64,000 bases of DNA, taken from an uncultured Nitrososphaeraceae archaeon (GTDB taxonomy: Archaea > Thermoproteota > Nitrososphaeria > Nitrososphaerales > Nitrososphaeraceae). The stretch covers positions 1-64,000 of the forward strand of contig CAVXZB010000073.1 in assembly GCA_963765895.1 (NCBI GenBank), given 5' to 3'. Of the stretch, positions 62,684 through 64,000 are shown piece after piece (position 1 is the stretch's first letter; each line of letters starts with the position of its first letter). Made by a program: the position numbers and the translations under genes. Below the pieces are notes generated by a model, which ran no database searches, was not told where the DNA came from, and was given only the letters and a program-made list of their open reading frames with translations.

Positions 62684-63346
62684 TAGAATTGATTCTTTAT
62701 TTTGCAATTTCAATTTGTAGAAATTATTTTGAATTCAAGTCTTATCCGTATAACTCGATTATATATTTACTGAGATAGCCAGTATCATATTGTGTTTGGA
62801 TGATTAGACCAACTAACAAGAAGTTCAAAAAAAATTAAAATTAAAGGCTACAATATTAAGTATTGTTCCTTTTTAGGGATTGTTGACAATCAACTAATAC
62901 TTAATGGTAGGATACTTTCTTACATTAGTATGCAGGCCCCAAGTAGTCGAATAGGAGAAGTATATTTCCATGATCTTATAGGAATGAAATCTAAGAGTAT
63001 ACAAAAATATACTCTATTCATTTCGGAGACTGATTCATTGCAGACTGAATGAACATCATTATTAATTTCCGATTAATCATTGAAAATCAATATTCAAATT
63101 GAGCCAACATTGGAAACCAACATTGGAATAATCTACGATTTTTATGCTATAGTATGAGATAGACTGATCTGTTTTGCAGGCACGAATCACTTTATTAACT
63201 CCCCATATTTCACTATAGCATAACATCCAAGTTTTGTGATATTTGAACCCATTAAGCTTGTCTTAATATACCTAAGCTAATATCTAGCAAAATATATGAT
63301 ATTAGATCAGTTATGACACGGTATAGTAATAGATAAGATATATCTC

Positions 63347-63822
63347 TTATCTTAGTTCAGAATGCATGGATAGAAGGTTATCTTTTGAAGATGAAATAAT
63401 ATATACCTCCTCTGACCATGCAATCCTTTGGATTCCCTCTATTCCTTTGATCTCAGATATAATGCCCATCAATTGTTTAATATTTTTATAGAGAAAAAAA
63501 CAAAGGATATTGGAATTGCCTGTATGCAGTGAAACTGATTGAACTCCATCCATCTTTGAAAATTTTTCTGCTATTGAATAGATATTATCATTGGCAACGT
63601 ATATATGAATGAAGGCAGTCTTCATGCCTAGCTTTTTGTAATCGGGTTCTTTTCTTATGGCTATCAAACCCTTTCTAATTACCTTTCTTGTTCTTTTTTA
63701 TACTGTACTTAATGGAATTTTTACTTTTCAAAAATTTCCCTATTAGTGTATCATGACACAAGCAAATCGATTATCCTGAGATCTAGTTCATCTATCTCGA
63801 TATATGTTGAGATCTTTCTCAT
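63347..63822 (-). pseudogene. Lrp/AsnC-family regulator, disrupted
   Basis: IDELDLRII, IPLSTV and PDYKKLG..GNSNI. Confidence 0.75.
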
Positions 63823-64000
63823 AGTATATAGCTTGTGCTCGCTTGTCTACTGGCATTCGTATTGATGAATCTACTCGTAAAGGATCTCTTCTATTATTCA
63901 TAGAATTAGCTCTTTAGGAAATAAAGTAGCCGAGGAATAACTATTAAACTAACAGTCCGGCTTCCGTGAAATATTTTACTCTCTTTCCTTAAGGTCTTAC

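Overview
AT-rich accessory region from what looks like a soil ammonia-oxidising archaeon (Nitrososphaeraceae-like). This is inferred from F420-dependent enzymes, MEDS, PEFG-like and kinase-sensor families and a thaumarchaeal-type integrase. I found no rRNA, intact tRNA or CRISPR array. Many genes are split by single indels (long-read error and/or decay). The window holds redox/detox cargo genes, a general-stress cluster (48.9-56 kb), a head-to-head DUF72 pair and an integrated element (about 56.2-62.7 kb). That element has a tyrosine integrase and a putative Rep_trans-like gene cut by an IS5-family element with a 9-bp TSD. The most striking unexplained signal is a web of diverged repeats across the intergenic DNA. 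It includes four copies of a module made of a Zn-ribbon mini-gene, a palindromic GCTATATATAGC-GCCAAGAG site, a conserved spacer and variable downstream genes. The GC-rich 9-mer GCCGGCGAA (12-bp palindrome TTCGCCGGCGAA) occurs at 15 sites, often near homology junctions, and near-identical tracts sit inside otherwise diverged modules. Together this suggests an uncharacterised, recombining cargo-shuffling element family. All alignments and counts were made by eye.
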